This document shows, piece by piece, positions 22,886-35,684 of a stretch of 64,000 nt of DNA. The notes under the pieces are model-generated. The model had not been told where the DNA came from. It ran no database searches and saw only the letters and a program-made list of their open reading frames with translations. The translations under genes and the position numbers were made by a program. Position 1 is the stretch's first letter; the number at the start of each line of letters is the position of its first letter. This stretch comes from Histomonas meleagridis 2922-C6/04-290x (taxonomy: Eukaryota > Protista > Parabasalia): NCBI GenBank assembly GCA_020184695.1, contig JAANOX010000205.1, positions 1 to 64,000 on the forward strand, written 5' to 3'.

Positions 22886-25020
22886 TTACATATTAATAAT
22901 TTGATTATCTTCTTTGAAATCTTGTGCAAACGGATCTTCTTCAATATTCTTGTTAGACATCCCAATATAAAATCGGTCTGTTGTCGCGTTTTCTTCGTTA
23001 TAATTATTATCATTTTCTGTTTCATTCGTTAAAATATTTTGTTTATGTTGATTTCGTTTAATAATAAATATAAGAACAATTATTATTATTAATATTATTA
23101 CAATGACAACACAAATAATAACAATAATAATAATCATTTGTGTATCATTTGTTTGTGTTTGTTGTTCTTGTTGTTGAATAATTGTTAAAAAATTGGAATA
23201 ATATGAAAAATAATATGAATAAATAATGAATGTATATTCATAATATAAAATATATGAAGAAATAAAACTTAATGAATTATTAATAATGAAAAGTGAAACA
23301 GTATATGCAATAGATTTACTAAAAGTAATTGTTTCTGTATAAAAGAATGAATAAGTCAAAACAAAAGAATGTGATAAAACTGCATTAAATGGAAATGAAT
23401 CAGTAAATGTATTTGAATTTGTAAAAGAATTTGTTTTGGTATATGTATTTGATTGTGAAAATGTATTTGAATTTGTATATGTGTTTGATTGTGTGTATGT
23501 ATGCGATTGAGTATATGTATTCGAATTTGAATATGTATTTGATTGCGTATATGTTTTTGAATCTGTGAGTGTATTTGTTGGAAATGGTGCACAGCCATCA
23601 ATAATCGTTCCTTTAAATACACTTAATGTGCCAAATGTTGTACTTGAATATGAATCCATTGTCATAACATATTTTGCGTCAATATTAGAAAATGATGTTG
23701 CTTGAATATTTGGTTCTGTTTTTACCATAAAAATAAATGCATTGAAGATTGTTACATTCAGAAAATCCATTACTTTCAATACTTTCGATATTTTCACAAA
23801 GAAAAACTGTTCTTAATTTCGAACATAAATAAAATGAATAAATTCCAATAGTTATAACTGTATTTGGAATTTCAAATGTTTCAATTTCTTTCCCAATCGG
23901 ATATGAGATAATTGTTATAATATTTTTATCATAAAGAATTCCATCATCATTATAATTACCAAATGCTGAATTAGATGATGAAACTTGAATATTTTGAAGT
24001 TTTGTACATGAACTAAATGGATTAGTTCCAATCGTTGTAACTGATGATGGAAGTGTGATATTAATTAATGAAATGCATCTTGAAAATGCAAAATCTTCAA
24101 TAGTTTTTAATTTATCACCAAAAATAACTGTTTCTAAACTTGAACAATGTTGAAATGAATTCGATCCAATCGTTATTATTGATAAAAGTGTAATGTTTCG
24201 TAATGATTGACAATATTGAAATGCTGTAACTTCAATTGTTTCTAAATTTGTACCAATGTGAATCGTTGATAATGATGTACATTCTTGAAATGCTGATTGA
24301 CCAATAATTGTAACTAAATCTGGAATTGTAATTTGTTTTAATGATGAACATCCTAAAAATGTAAATGAATCAATTGTTTTTAATATTTTGACTAAGAATA
24401 ATCGTTGTTAAATTTGAACATTTATTGAATGCATATGTACCAATTGTTGTAACTGTGTCGCTCATTTCAACAGAAATTAATGTCTCTAAATTAGAAAATG
24501 CACTTGATGGAATTTGGTAAATAGGTGATTCGATGATAATATGTCTAATTGTATATTGTGAAACAAGTGAAAAATCTGTTGAATCTGCAATAGTCAGTGT
24601 TTGCGTATTAGAATTATATACTTCATAACTATGTTTAAAGAATATTATCAAAATAATGAAATAAAATATATTTCGATGTTCATTTCGTTTTAGAGTCATT
24701 ATATTTTTTTGTTGAAAAGAAAAACAATAAAAAATTTCAAAAATTTTTGAAATAATCTTCAAAAATAATTTCATATTTTGAAAAAGAAAAAATATAACCA
24801 ATGCTATAAAACGTGAAACCAAAAAAATGAAAAGGTCAGGTTTCTTTAGAATATAATAAATTTGATATCCAATTTCGTTAAATAAATCAAAAATATTTTT
24901 AAGTTTATTTCGAAAAATACGAACTAGTTGGGTGTGTTTATCAGTTGCTTGTTTAAAATATAGAGATTTTAATTCGTATGTAAACGGTAATATGATAAAT
25001 TTCTTGGAGAAACAACACAT
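22886..25020 (-). CDS. BspA-like LRR surface protein, copy 1 (two homopolymer frameshifts)
   Basis: TpLRR repeats (TIGxxAFxxCxxL), TQSNTY stalk, TM helix and EEDPFAQDF tail; extra A near 24380 and near 23720 relative to copy 2. Confidence 0.85.
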
Positions 25021-25252
25021 CCAAAAGCAAGATTTGATACGGAAAACGTTAACATCTTATACAATTACCCACAAAATATTTTCAAATATTAAACGGCTAA
25101 CATACAAAACTCAAATTCTTGATCGGCACAGATTATCGTTTTATCAGTTTTTTCACAAAAATTAAACGGTTTTTCATCATCTCATAAAAATAATTACCAA
25201 CAATTAAAAAAACAAATTTTATTTCGATACATAATATTCTATATAAAAATAC

Positions 25253-26899
25253 TTAAATCTTTTGGTTGAAATATAATTTCATTGACTCATTAATCTGTTT
25301 GAAATATGGTTCGATTATCCTTTTGTATTCTTCAATGTCAATAATTGCGCTTTGATCTCGAATCACATCATGACATTGAGGGATTGAACACAAATTGTTC
25401 TTATTCATTATACATCTCGAGATTGTTTTATTTGATAATTTCGTATCAAATCTCGATAAGTTAATTGATTTCGTATAATATGCAAAGTATTGTATCTTCA
25501 CCATATCCGCCATTTGATGGTACCAATTTCGACAATTATATCGATAAGGAAACAGTTCATAAATTCCTGTTGGCATTTCTTGTGTCGAAGGATTTAACCA
25601 CACTCCATGTGTTAAGCCACTTCCATGCATTCCAATTAATAATGATGCATTATGTGTGAACTCAACTTGTTTTTCTTTATTCCGATTTTGAAAATCGACA
25701 ATTTGTACATCGCAAAGTGGACAAAGTTCTTTCGTCGCATTTAATACGTCCTCAATATTAATTATTTTCCGTTTTAAATCATTTCCTCTTCGATGTATAA
25801 TCATTATAATCGGCCTTTGAATATTCGGCATTCGACTACCATTAACATGAATTGCATTTAACATATGTTCGCGTAAACCTTTAACACCTTCAGGATCGAT
25901 TTCATAAGAACAAAGAATTGGCGTTGATTCATTTATCACTGTACGTGTTGGATCTATTACTGTTTTACGTAACCCAATATTTATATGTTCATAACATTTT
26001 GTTGATGTGGGTAAATATTCAAATGGTAAATCAATTAAAAGCTTAATATAAAAAATTCCGATTTTCCACGAATATGTTTCATGATATTCCATTATCCGCC
26101 AACTTCGATCAATCGTACCATATAAAGGGTTTCGACTTCCCCATTCATTAGTCGTAAGACCTGCTAAGTTAGAAGACATTGTCCAATACGTAGGAGCAAC
26201 AAAATCCATAATGTTATGCCATATCATTTGATTGTTACCAACGCGCGCTGTTAACTGTGTGGTGATGTCATCAAATGGTACATCAGGAAAACGGCGAAGG
26301 ATTTTGATCTTGTCGGGATGAATACGTTGCTTAAGATCATCATGTGGTGGTGCTTTAGGCCCAACAATAATAAAGACATCCTCAAAAGTAACGTTGAAAG
26401 GAAATGAAAAGATTAAATTATCATTTAATAGACAAGCCTTTCGAATACGACACCAACGAGTAGTGAATGAATCACCAACACAGAAGATTTGCGTGTATGG
26501 ATAATTATTAATAAATGGTTGATTACGAACTATAATTGTTTCAGAACTTCGGAAGATTTCGTTTTTACCTTTAAAAAGAGATACCCAATATACGGAACTG
26601 ATAGGAATTATAAGTGAAAAAATAAAGAAGCTTTGAGATATGGAGTGATTAAAATTTGTTGGGTTGGCACTAATATTAACAAACACAGATTTGAGTTGAA
26701 GGGTAATAAGGTCTGGTGAATTGGCTAAAGTTGCAGGAATTTGAAATGTGAGTAATGAAGATTGTTGATCAAAATTCATTAAAATTTCTGGAATAAGTTT
26801 TTCATGTAGATTTGAACTAATGGAAATGAAATTTAACGCTGCTATTAATATAACTAAAATTATTAAGGAATTTTTGAAAATATTCCTTTTTACCTTCAT
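25253..26899 (-). CDS. Glycosyltransferase family 61 (DUF563)-like type II membrane protein
   Basis: N-terminal TM anchor; RRxxxxKRKIIN, QVEFTHNASLLIGMHGSGLTH and YELFPY motifs typical of GT61. Confidence 0.8.
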   Translation of the reverse strand: MKVKRNIFKNSLIILVILIAALNFISISSNLHEKLIPEILMNFDQQSSLLTFQIPATLANSPDLITLQLKSVFVNISANPTNFNHSISQSFFIFSLIIPISSVYWVSLFKGKNEIFRSSETIIVRNQPFINNYPYTQIFCVGDSFTTRWCRIRKACLLNDNLIFSFPFNVTFEDVFIIVGPKAPPHDDLKQRIHPDKIKILRRFPDVPFDDITTQLTARVGNNQMIWHNIMDFVAPTYWTMSSNLAGLTTNEWGSRNPLYGTIDRSWRIMEYHETYSWKIGIFYIKLLIDLPFEYLPTSTKCYEHINIGLRKTVIDPTRTVINESTPILCSYEIDPEGVKGLREHMLNAIHVNGSRMPNIQRPIIMIIHRRGNDLKRKIINIEDVLNATKELCPLCDVQIVDFQNRNKEKQVEFTHNASLLIGMHGSGLTHGVWLNPSTQEMPTGIYELFPYRYNCRNWYHQMADMVKIQYFAYYTKSINLSRFDTKLSNKTISRCIMNKNNLCSIPQCHDVIRDQSAIIDIEEYKRIIEPYFKQINESMKLYFNQKI

Positions 26900-27559
26900 A
26901 ATGAATGAATTACTTTGAATATTTTGATTCCCAATCTAAGTTATTGGGACTTCATTAGAAACCGTTTAGTATTAACTAGTTTATTAAACTGTATCGTTCT
27001 CACTTTTTCGGTTATTGTACTGAAGCTCAGTTCATAACCTCGGGACAAACTTTTTCAAATTGAACTCAAAAGCATTCAAAAGTGTCCCAACCGCCTGAAT
27101 GAAGTTTGAATATTATCCAACGGTTTGAATGAGAAAAAAAAATTTTTTTAATAAAAAATTTCGTTATCATTAATTAGCTTGTTCAATGGTCGAAACTTAA
27201 TTTTCCTTTCTAAATATAAAATGGTTTTGGCATCTGTGTCCTTTTTAACAGTTTTTGAGGTAATGGTTAATTTTAACCATGCAGAAGATCTCTGTCTTGC
27301 TGCATATGAGATTTTAGACAATATTCCAATTAGTACTATTAATTTGCTGATAAATTCTTTTGATGCAGACTCAAATCTTGTATCAGCCTGTAAGGCGAAA
27401 GCCTTAACGGAAAAGAGAAACTTATTTCATTATACAAAAAATCCATCGAAGATGGAAACAATTACATTTCAAAAAAAAATTGAAGAAAAGAAAGGAATTG
27501 AACGATTTGTAGTAGAATTTATTTATTATTTTAACCTATTAATGAAAGCCAATTCAAAT

Positions 27560-28560
27560 GAAGTACATATTAAATTGTGGTATTATAATATGAGTATAAA
27601 CATCTGTAATTTGTTAATTTTTTGGGTTTGTAGCCTGGATTTTAGGATCTCAATTACATTTAGATCTGGTGAAGATGATGGCCATTTATAGTCATCTGCA
27701 AGTAAAATAGCCCTTCCATCTAGAAATAGTTTTGTAGACTTTGCTTTGTGCGAGCTAATCCCGTTCTGCTGGAATATGTAATATTTTGGACCAAATCTGT
27801 CATTGAGTTTTTCAAATATTTGGTTTTCTGCCAGCAGTTTTTGGAACTTTTCAGCATTCAAATTTCCATCAATTTTCACTAATTTACTCTTGAAATTCTG
27901 GCCGACACAGGCCAAAATCATAATTTTAATGGGGTGCCCCTTTTTTTAATGACACTGCTTATCAAAATCTAGTAAAGGATGAACACGAATTTTATTTCTA
28001 GAGGGTTCATAAGAAATAATTGATTCCTCGAAAAAAAACCCAAGGTAATAAGTAGTAAAAAATTAGAGGGATCTCCTGAGCAAAACTGATTCAATATTGT
28101 TTCTGCTCGTCTGATAGTTTCTTTATATGGTTGCTAATATCTTGTCCTGAAACCAAGAAAATTGGCAATTCTACTAACAGTAGATTCAGACATTTTACAA
28201 TCATATTGTTGACTGAGATATGATATTTCTATATTTGTAATATTAGGGCTTTCAATGATATTCATAAGAACAAAGTGATATCTAAATTGAGATAATGTAT
28301 CAATATTAAAATTACGTTTATCCCCATTTTTCATTATTTGTCAAATTTTTGATACTATTGATTTCGATACATTTGATATATTTGCATTTTCCCGTGTTCA
28401 AAAAGCAGCACCAGCATTGAATGCTACTTGTAATTGTTTTTGCAGATCAATTTTATTATAATTTCGCATTATAATAATGTCGCCATTATTGAATTTCATC
28501 TCATCGAACTTTTTATTAAAAATTGAACGTAGTCAATAGAATTAAAAAAAATTCGATGTT
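27560..28560 (-). mobile_element. Decayed IS630/Tc1-type transposase with DD37E spacing
   Basis: HTH-like SESTVSRIA, IMILACVG, GNLNAEKF, IFQQNG...WPSSSPDLNVIE; stops and frameshifts present; catalytic Asp positions appear as E and N. Confidence 0.8.
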
Positions 28561-28723
28561 TTGTTGGTTATTTCTTTCGTATCTGCTGTCCCAGCGGTTT
28601 TGAGTCTAACTTTGCCAAAACTGAGAACGTTATTTAAACACCGATAAAAAATTCAATGCCCCAGTTATCAAAAATATTTTTGATAATTTTACAAATATAT
28701 TCAATATTTGAAACTTCTTAGCA

Positions 28724-29170
28724 ATGATTTCTAAATTCCAGCAGTCAAAATGCTTGGAAATCACAAATAAACTTATTGCATGGCCAATCTGCAGTCCATT
28801 TGTACAAATGGTTGACCCTGAAAGAGATGGTTGCTCAGATTATTTCGAAATTATTAAAAATCCAATGGCATTGAGTGAAGTTAAGAAAAAACTTACAAAA
28901 AATTTATACAAATCTGTTGATGAGTGGAAAAATGATGTAAATCTTATTTGGGAAAATGTCAAAAAATATAATGGAGAAGATACATTATTTACATATATGG
29001 CAATGGAAGCTTCACTTTGGTTTAATAGCAAAATGAAAAAATTCCCAACTACAGAAGAAGAATACTTATCAAGAAAGTTGGAAAGTTTGTCACAACAATT
29101 ATTAACAGTGATTTCTCATCCACCAAAAAAACTTGATCCAAATGGAATTCTTTTTAAGTCTCTTAATTGA
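28724..29170 (+). CDS. Bromodomain protein
   Basis: PFVQMVDP...DYFEIIKNPMAL..VKKKL...Y....WKNDVNLIWEN..KYN. Confidence 0.9.
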   Translation: MISKFQQSKCLEITNKLIAWPICSPFVQMVDPERDGCSDYFEIIKNPMALSEVKKKLTKNLYKSVDEWKNDVNLIWENVKKYNGEDTLFTYMAMEASLWFNSKMKKFPTTEEEYLSRKLESLSQQLLTVISHPPKKLDPNGILFKSLN

Positions 29171-29844
29171 TATCATATATGGCTACAAAATGTATTAAAT
29201 GTTGTCTATTTTTTTATATTTTTTATAATCATTAGATTCAAAATGTATTTAATTGAATCAGTAACATATGAAAGTGATACCTGTTCTTTAATGTAGTTGT
29301 TTTTATATATTTATTTTATGCCAAAACTCTGTTCAATAACTAATTACCGAAAAACATTTGACATCTCAACACATAGTTTAACAAAATACGACCCATCATT
29401 TACCTTATATTTTATTTGAAACCCCCTTTCTTGATTTATATTGTGTAATTTCTTATATTTGTTCTTCAATATTTTCAGATAAAATTTTCCAGAAATCTTC
29501 CGAAAATTTATCGTTGAGCTGTGTTTTTTTAATTAAACCGTTTAAACGCTATTCAAAATTTGAATACGAATCGATTTCCAACTTTTAGCTTTTTGAACTA
29601 ATTAGTCGGAATATTCCATCGTAAACACCGTTCTCTTGTATTTTAAACTAGAAACCTATTTGATATATTGAATTACACGATTAAATTTGATTAAATTTCC
29701 ATACCTATTTATTTTGTACCATTCAACGTTCCCGTTGCAATGATAGGAAACATATTCGGCGTGAATATGGAAACGAGGTCTTCCAGTTTGGATTCCACTC
29801 TTCTTCAACATTGTGATGTTTGGTATTAAATATATATATTGAAA

Positions 29845-30908
29845 GGTGGAATTCTATAGTGGAAGACATTGCGGTTGAATCTCACAAAATCACTGTTTGT
29901 ATAAAACAAACTAATAAACGGCATTGGTCAAATGAAAGATTTTTCAAAATCTATTCCTATTGCGCAAAGATACGCATACATCAGACACGTTTACATTACG
30001 CTGGGTGGGAATATAAACCTGAGTCAAAAAGTTTTGAATATTTCCAAAAATACAATATATAATTCATTATCAAATCTAATGCCAACGCAAAGAATTTATG
30101 AGAAAAAAATTAAAGATGTTCATTCGGTGTACATTCACTGCAGAACAATTGAAGATCCTCATATATCTGGTGAAAAATTAGCTCATGAATTATATGAATA
30201 TTTTGGATTGAAAATTTCAGGTAGAACTGTGAATAGGCATAGAAGGGAAAATGGTCTAATTTACAGACCACCAATTCGATCTGTATATATCACACCAGCT
30301 GCAGCTCAGAAAAGATATGAATTTACAAAATTTCATATTGAAAATAATACAAATTTTTTGAAAACTGTGTTTACTGATGAATCGTGGTTTATTTTGGGAT
30401 GAAATAAACGCTGGGTTTGGGTTGACAAAACTCAGATAACCAATGAAGTTTTATCGAATCAAAAATCGCATTCACCAAAAATTATGATATGGGGTGGCAT
30501 TGGATATCAATTTAAAACGGACTTGGTAATCATTGAAGGAACACTGAACTCAGAGAATTATATTGAACAAATAATTTTTGGTCCTAATTTAATTGAAGAA
30601 GCAGATAAAAAGTACGAGATCGGCGAATGGACACTCATGCAGGACAATGCTCGTCCTCATATCTTTAAAGAAACAATGTGCGTTTTAAATGAATTGGAGA
30701 TAAATATTTTGAAAGATTGGCCTTAATATAGCCCAGACTTGAACATTATTTAAGTAGTCTGGGCAATTATGGAAACCAGAGTAGAAGCACTTCAGCCCAA
30801 AACCATTGATGATTTGGTAAAAATTGTAAAGGATGTTTGGGAAGCCCTCCAATGGCAGACGATATTGTCATGAGTATTCCAAAGTCGCTGAGAATTGTAA
30901 ATTCCACC
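29845..30908 (+). mobile_element. Decayed Tc1-type DNA transposon with DD35E spacing
   Basis: Single frame with FTDES, IMIWGGIG, MQDNARPH and DWP*YSPDLNII*; three in-frame stops; 9-bp inverted match GGTGGAATT (29845) and AATTCCACC (30900). Confidence 0.88.
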
Positions 30909-31830
30909 CCATATCGAACGATTTTTAGACTTTATGGAGATCCATATTAACTTTTTCAATGATTTTCAATGAAACCATTTTGATTTCAATGAGACATATT
31001 TTTTGAACTTTAGAAAGGAATGTAAAGTTGTGAAAATATATGTAAACATATTGAAAAATAGCTATTTGAAAACAAAAGGGTCCAACCGACGTGTCTCCCA
31101 CTATATAATATAACACATAATTTTGTGAGAACTTGGCCATCTTTTCAATGGGGTAAATACATGTAATTCCATTGAAAATAATGTGAACGAACAAATCGAA
31201 CTACTACATTATTTTCAGGCAAATATATTTTATTCTACATCGCCTAAATATTAAAATCCAATTCAAAATTAATCACAGTCAAAGCCTACGACGAATGTAT
31301 TCATTCGATAACAAAATTTTTTTTTCGAAACTTTATTTATGAATATTTATTGCAAACTATATTATCTTTTCCCATAATTTTCTCACACAAATATGACGTC
31401 TTTCTTAAAGGCGCTCAGTTTTAACAATCTCAAGAGATTTAACATTATTTAATTATCATTTTCGAAAAAATCTGCTTTTTGCAATAATACTTTTTTCAAC
31501 AATAATCATTGATTAAACTCCAATTGGAAAACATTTTTATCAATGCCAGATAAATATTTCTATAAAGAAAAAATGATAACAAACAAAATCATTTAACTCA
31601 GGAAACACTCACAATTTCCCCATAAAACGTTTCAATTAGTAATGAATAAATCCAAATAATATAAATAAAAAAATAATAAATTTCTCAGGAAAAACTAATA
31701 ACATAAGACAAAACAAAATTTATTTTTGTAAGTCACAACTCTTCAAACAGAATAAAAAAAATTCATAAATTAAATTTTTATAAAAAATCATTTTCTTGTT
31801 CATATACACATATAATAAATATATAACATA

Positions 31831-33135
31831 TCAATTCTCGTGTGGGAATCCGATCAAATGATAACTTCCATCTGTGCATCCAACGCAGAATATTCCGCCG
31901 TCGCTTGAGAACTCTTCGCAAACAGGCACAGCTGGTAGCGCAAATGAACTTTTTTCGCCTTCATTCATATTATACAATGTAACTTTAGCATCGCCGCGCA
32001 TTCCGGCAATAACGCCATTAGCATTTGGCACCCATTCGCAGCCAACAAATGCATCGCCATTTGTTTCGAATGTTCGAACTGATGATTCATTTGACCAGAT
32101 GCAAAGTGAACAATCCATAGATGAGATTGCTAGTGCGCTTCGTGACGTCTTGGTCCCGTGTTTAAAGGATAAACCTGTGATGGGACCATCAAATGATAAA
32201 ATTTTGGTCGATTGAGATCCTTTGTTAATTGAGCGTTGAAGAACTTGGCCATCTTCAAGGCCAATAAATAGCTGCGAATCACTAATACATGCTACTGTAG
32301 GTTGGATATTTGAGATGTGATCATCAAAAATTGGTTTGGTCATTGCATCAATATCCCAACAAAAAATGGTACCGTCAGAAGCCACTGAAATAAATTGGTT
32401 TTGGACAGTTGGGAGTGTGGAAATAACTTGGGAATAATGGCTGGGATTATAACGAGGAGTTTCAATGATTGGGGTGCCCTGTGCACGTTTATCGAATAGG
32501 AAAATTCGTCCAGAAGAACTTCCAGCGATGAGGACGTCGCTAGAGCGTGGGAGGAACTTGACTGTTGTGGGCTGGCATGAGAGCTTTAGTTGCTGGAATT
32601 TGTCTGGGGAAAATGAGGAATGAATGTTAATTAACCCTTCTTTGGTACTTGGAACTTGTCGAAGCGAGACAGCAAATTGTTGGAAAGACCAATCAATAGA
32701 AGTGGGAAAATATCTGTTGTCTAATGTTTTCGACCAAAATATTGAATAATTGTTTGATTTGTATATTGGTACTTGTGTGGGTTCAGAAGTTTCTTCGTAA
32801 GCGATGTCAACTATGCTTGTGGGGGACTCTTCAATTTCAATGTGAATTATGGGCTTTTCTTTGACTTCGATTTGTGGTTTTGACTCAGGTATTATGTCAA
32901 CTTGAATATCTTTTGTATATTTTGGGATAACTTTTGGCTCTACTGTTATTTCTTCGTTAATGATCTCAAGAGAAAATTGTTTTTTAGAAATATCTTGATT
33001 CGTCGAATCTCCAAGAATTTTTGGTTCTGGGGAAATTGTAAGTTCTTTTATTGCATCACATTCCGCGTTCCTCTTTTTTACAATTTCTTCACGTTTTTTT
33101 TTGAGTTCTTCAAGTTGTTTTTGTAATTTCTCCAT
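31831..33135 (-). CDS. WD40 protein, cytoplasmic dynein intermediate chain-like
   Basis: N-terminal coiled coil, YTKDIQVD (LC8-site-like), C-terminal WD repeats (GRIFLFD, SDGTIFCWD, DCSLCIW). Confidence 0.75.
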   Translation of the reverse strand: MEKLQKQLEELKKKREEIVKKRNAECDAIKELTISPEPKILGDSTNQDISKKQFSLEIINEEITVEPKVIPKYTKDIQVDIIPESKPQIEVKEKPIIHIEIEESPTSIVDIAYEETSEPTQVPIYKSNNYSIFWSKTLDNRYFPTSIDWSFQQFAVSLRQVPSTKEGLINIHSSFSPDKFQQLKLSCQPTTVKFLPRSSDVLIAGSSSGRIFLFDKRAQGTPIIETPRYNPSHYSQVISTLPTVQNQFISVASDGTIFCWDIDAMTKPIFDDHISNIQPTVACISDSQLFIGLEDGQVLQRSINKGSQSTKILSFDGPITGLSFKHGTKTSRSALAISSMDCSLCIWSNESSVRTFETNGDAFVGCEWVPNANGVIAGMRGDAKVTLYNMNEGEKSSFALPAVPVCEEFSSDGGIFCVGCTDGSYHLIGFPHEN

Positions 33136-33544
33136 CTTTATGACATGTCATGTGACAATGTTGTGCTTGCAGGTATTCAATTTGTAATACAAAAATTTAT
33201 ATGACTTCTCTCAAATGGGACAAAATTCGTTTGATATAAAATTCTATCCAAAGTGATCATTGGTAATGAGAGATGTTTTGAAGAAATTCTAACCTATAGG
33301 TGATATAAAATACATCAATGTTCAAAATATCATCAGAAAATATTTTCAATCAGATCATATTTTCCTAAATAAAAAGTAAAATATTTTCGATTCAATTAAC
33401 AATATAATTACTAATTCATATCATATATTTCATAATGTTTCAAAGAAATTTAATTTTTTTATTCAGTTAATTCATTATTCTTTACCATTAATTATTATTT
33501 TTTCTCAAAACAAGAATTTTTTCCTGAATGTTATTTTATGTATT

Positions 33545-35684
33545 GTGGTTGTTGTTAATTATTATCTATTTCAAACACAAGAAAATCAAATTAAAATTAA
33601 AGTAACTGATAAATACATCCAATTGGTTCATATTTTTCGTAATAAACTGAAAAATATTTTTGATTTATTTAACGAACTTATTCCAGGTTCATTTCAAATT
33701 TATTATTATATTTCAAAGAAACAAGACTTTTTTATTTTTTTGGTTTCACGTTTTATAGCATTAATTATATTTTTAAAAAATTTTCTTTTTCAAAATATGA
33801 AATTATTTTTGAAAATTATTTCAAATATTTTTAAAATTTTTTATTGTTTTTCTTTTCAACAAAAAAATATAATGACTCTAAAACGAAATGAACATCGAAA
33901 TATATTTTATTTCATTATTTTGATAATATTCTTTAAACATAGTTATGAAGTATATAATTCTAATACGCAAACACTGACTATTGCAGATTCAACAGATTTT
34001 TCACTTGTTTCACAATATACAATTAGACATATTATCATCGAATCACCTATTTACCAAATTCCATCAAGTGCATTTTCTAATTTAGAGACATTAATTTCTG
34101 TTGAAATGAGCGACACAGTTACAACAATTGGTACATATGCATTCAATAAATGTTCAAATTTAACAACGATTATTCTTAGTCAAAATATTAAAACAATTGA
34201 TTCATTTACATTTTTAGGATGTTCATCATTAAAACAAATTACAATTCCAGATTTAGTTACAATTATTGGTCAATCAGCATTTCAAGAATGTACATCATTA
34301 TCAACGATTCACATTGGTACAAATTTAGAAACAATTGAAGTTACAGCATTTCAATATTGTCAATCATTACGAAACATTACACTTTTATCAATAATAACGA
34401 TTGGATCGAATTCATTTCAACATTGTTCAAGTTTAGAAACAGTTATTTTTGGTGATAAATTAAAAACTATTGAAGATTTTGCATTTTCAAGATGCATTTC
34501 ATTAATTAATATCACACTTCCATCATCAGTTACAACGATTGGAACTAATCCATTTAGTTCATGTACAAAACTTCAAAATATTCAAGTTTCATCATCTAAT
34601 TCAGCATTTGGTAATTATAATGATGATGGAATTCTTTATGATAAAAATATTATAACAATTATCTCATATCCGATTGGGAAAGAAATTGAAACATTTGAAA
34701 TTCCAAATACAGTTATAACTATTGGAATTTATTCATTTTATTTATGTTCGAAATTAAGAACAGTTTTTCTTTGTGAAAATATCGAAAGTATTGAAAGTAA
34801 TGGATTTTCTGAATGTAACAATCTTCAATGCATTTATTTTTATGGTAAAACAGAACCAAATATTCAAGCAACATCATTTTCTAATATTGACGCAAAATAT
34901 GTTATGACAATGGATTCATATTCAAGTACAACATTTGGCACATTAAGTGTATTTAAAGGAACGATTATTGATGGCTGTGCACCATTTCCAACAAATACAC
35001 TCACAGATTCAAAAACATATACGCAATCAAATACATATTCAAATTCGAATACATATACTCAATCGCATACATACACACAATCAAACACATATACAAATTC
35101 AAATACATTTTCACAATCAAATACATATACCAAAACAAATTCTTTTACAAATTCAAATACATTTACTGATTCATTTCCATTTAATGCAGTTTTATCACAT
35201 TCTTTTGTTTTGACTTATTCATTCTTTTTATACAGAAACAATTACTTTTAGTAAATCTATTGCATATACTGTTTCACTTTTCATTATTAATAATTCATTA
35301 AGTTTTATTTCTTCATATATTTTATATTATGAATATACATTCATTATTTATTCATATTATTTTTCATATTATTCCAATTTTTTAACAATTATTCAACAAC
35401 AAGAACAACAAACACAAACAAATGATACACAAATGATTATTATTATTGTTATTATTTGTGTTGTCATTGTAATAATATTAATAATAATAATTGTTCTTAT
35501 ATTTATTATTAAACGAAATCAACATAAACAAAATATTTTAACGAATGAAACAGAAAATGATAATAATTATAACGAAGAAAACGCGACAACAGACCGATTT
35601 TATATTGGGATGTCTAACAAGAATATTGAAGAAGATCCGTTTGCACAAGATTTCAAAGAAGATAATCAAATTATTAATATGTAA
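33545..35684 (+). CDS. BspA-like LRR surface protein, copy 2 (one homopolymer frameshift near 35225)
   Basis: Inverted near-identical copy of 22886-24699; an extra T in TTCTTTTTATAC separates the ectodomain from the TM/tail ORF at 35433-35684. Confidence 0.88.

Noticed and set aside
30395-30760. Stop-codon reassignment (TAA/TGA read as sense)
   Set aside because: Conserved genes end at expected positions with TAA (RPL7) or TGA (MBF1); the stops lie in a decayed transposon.
30925-31194. ORF resembling a BTB-like N-terminal fragment
   Set aside because: Non-ATG start and too little similarity to support a call.
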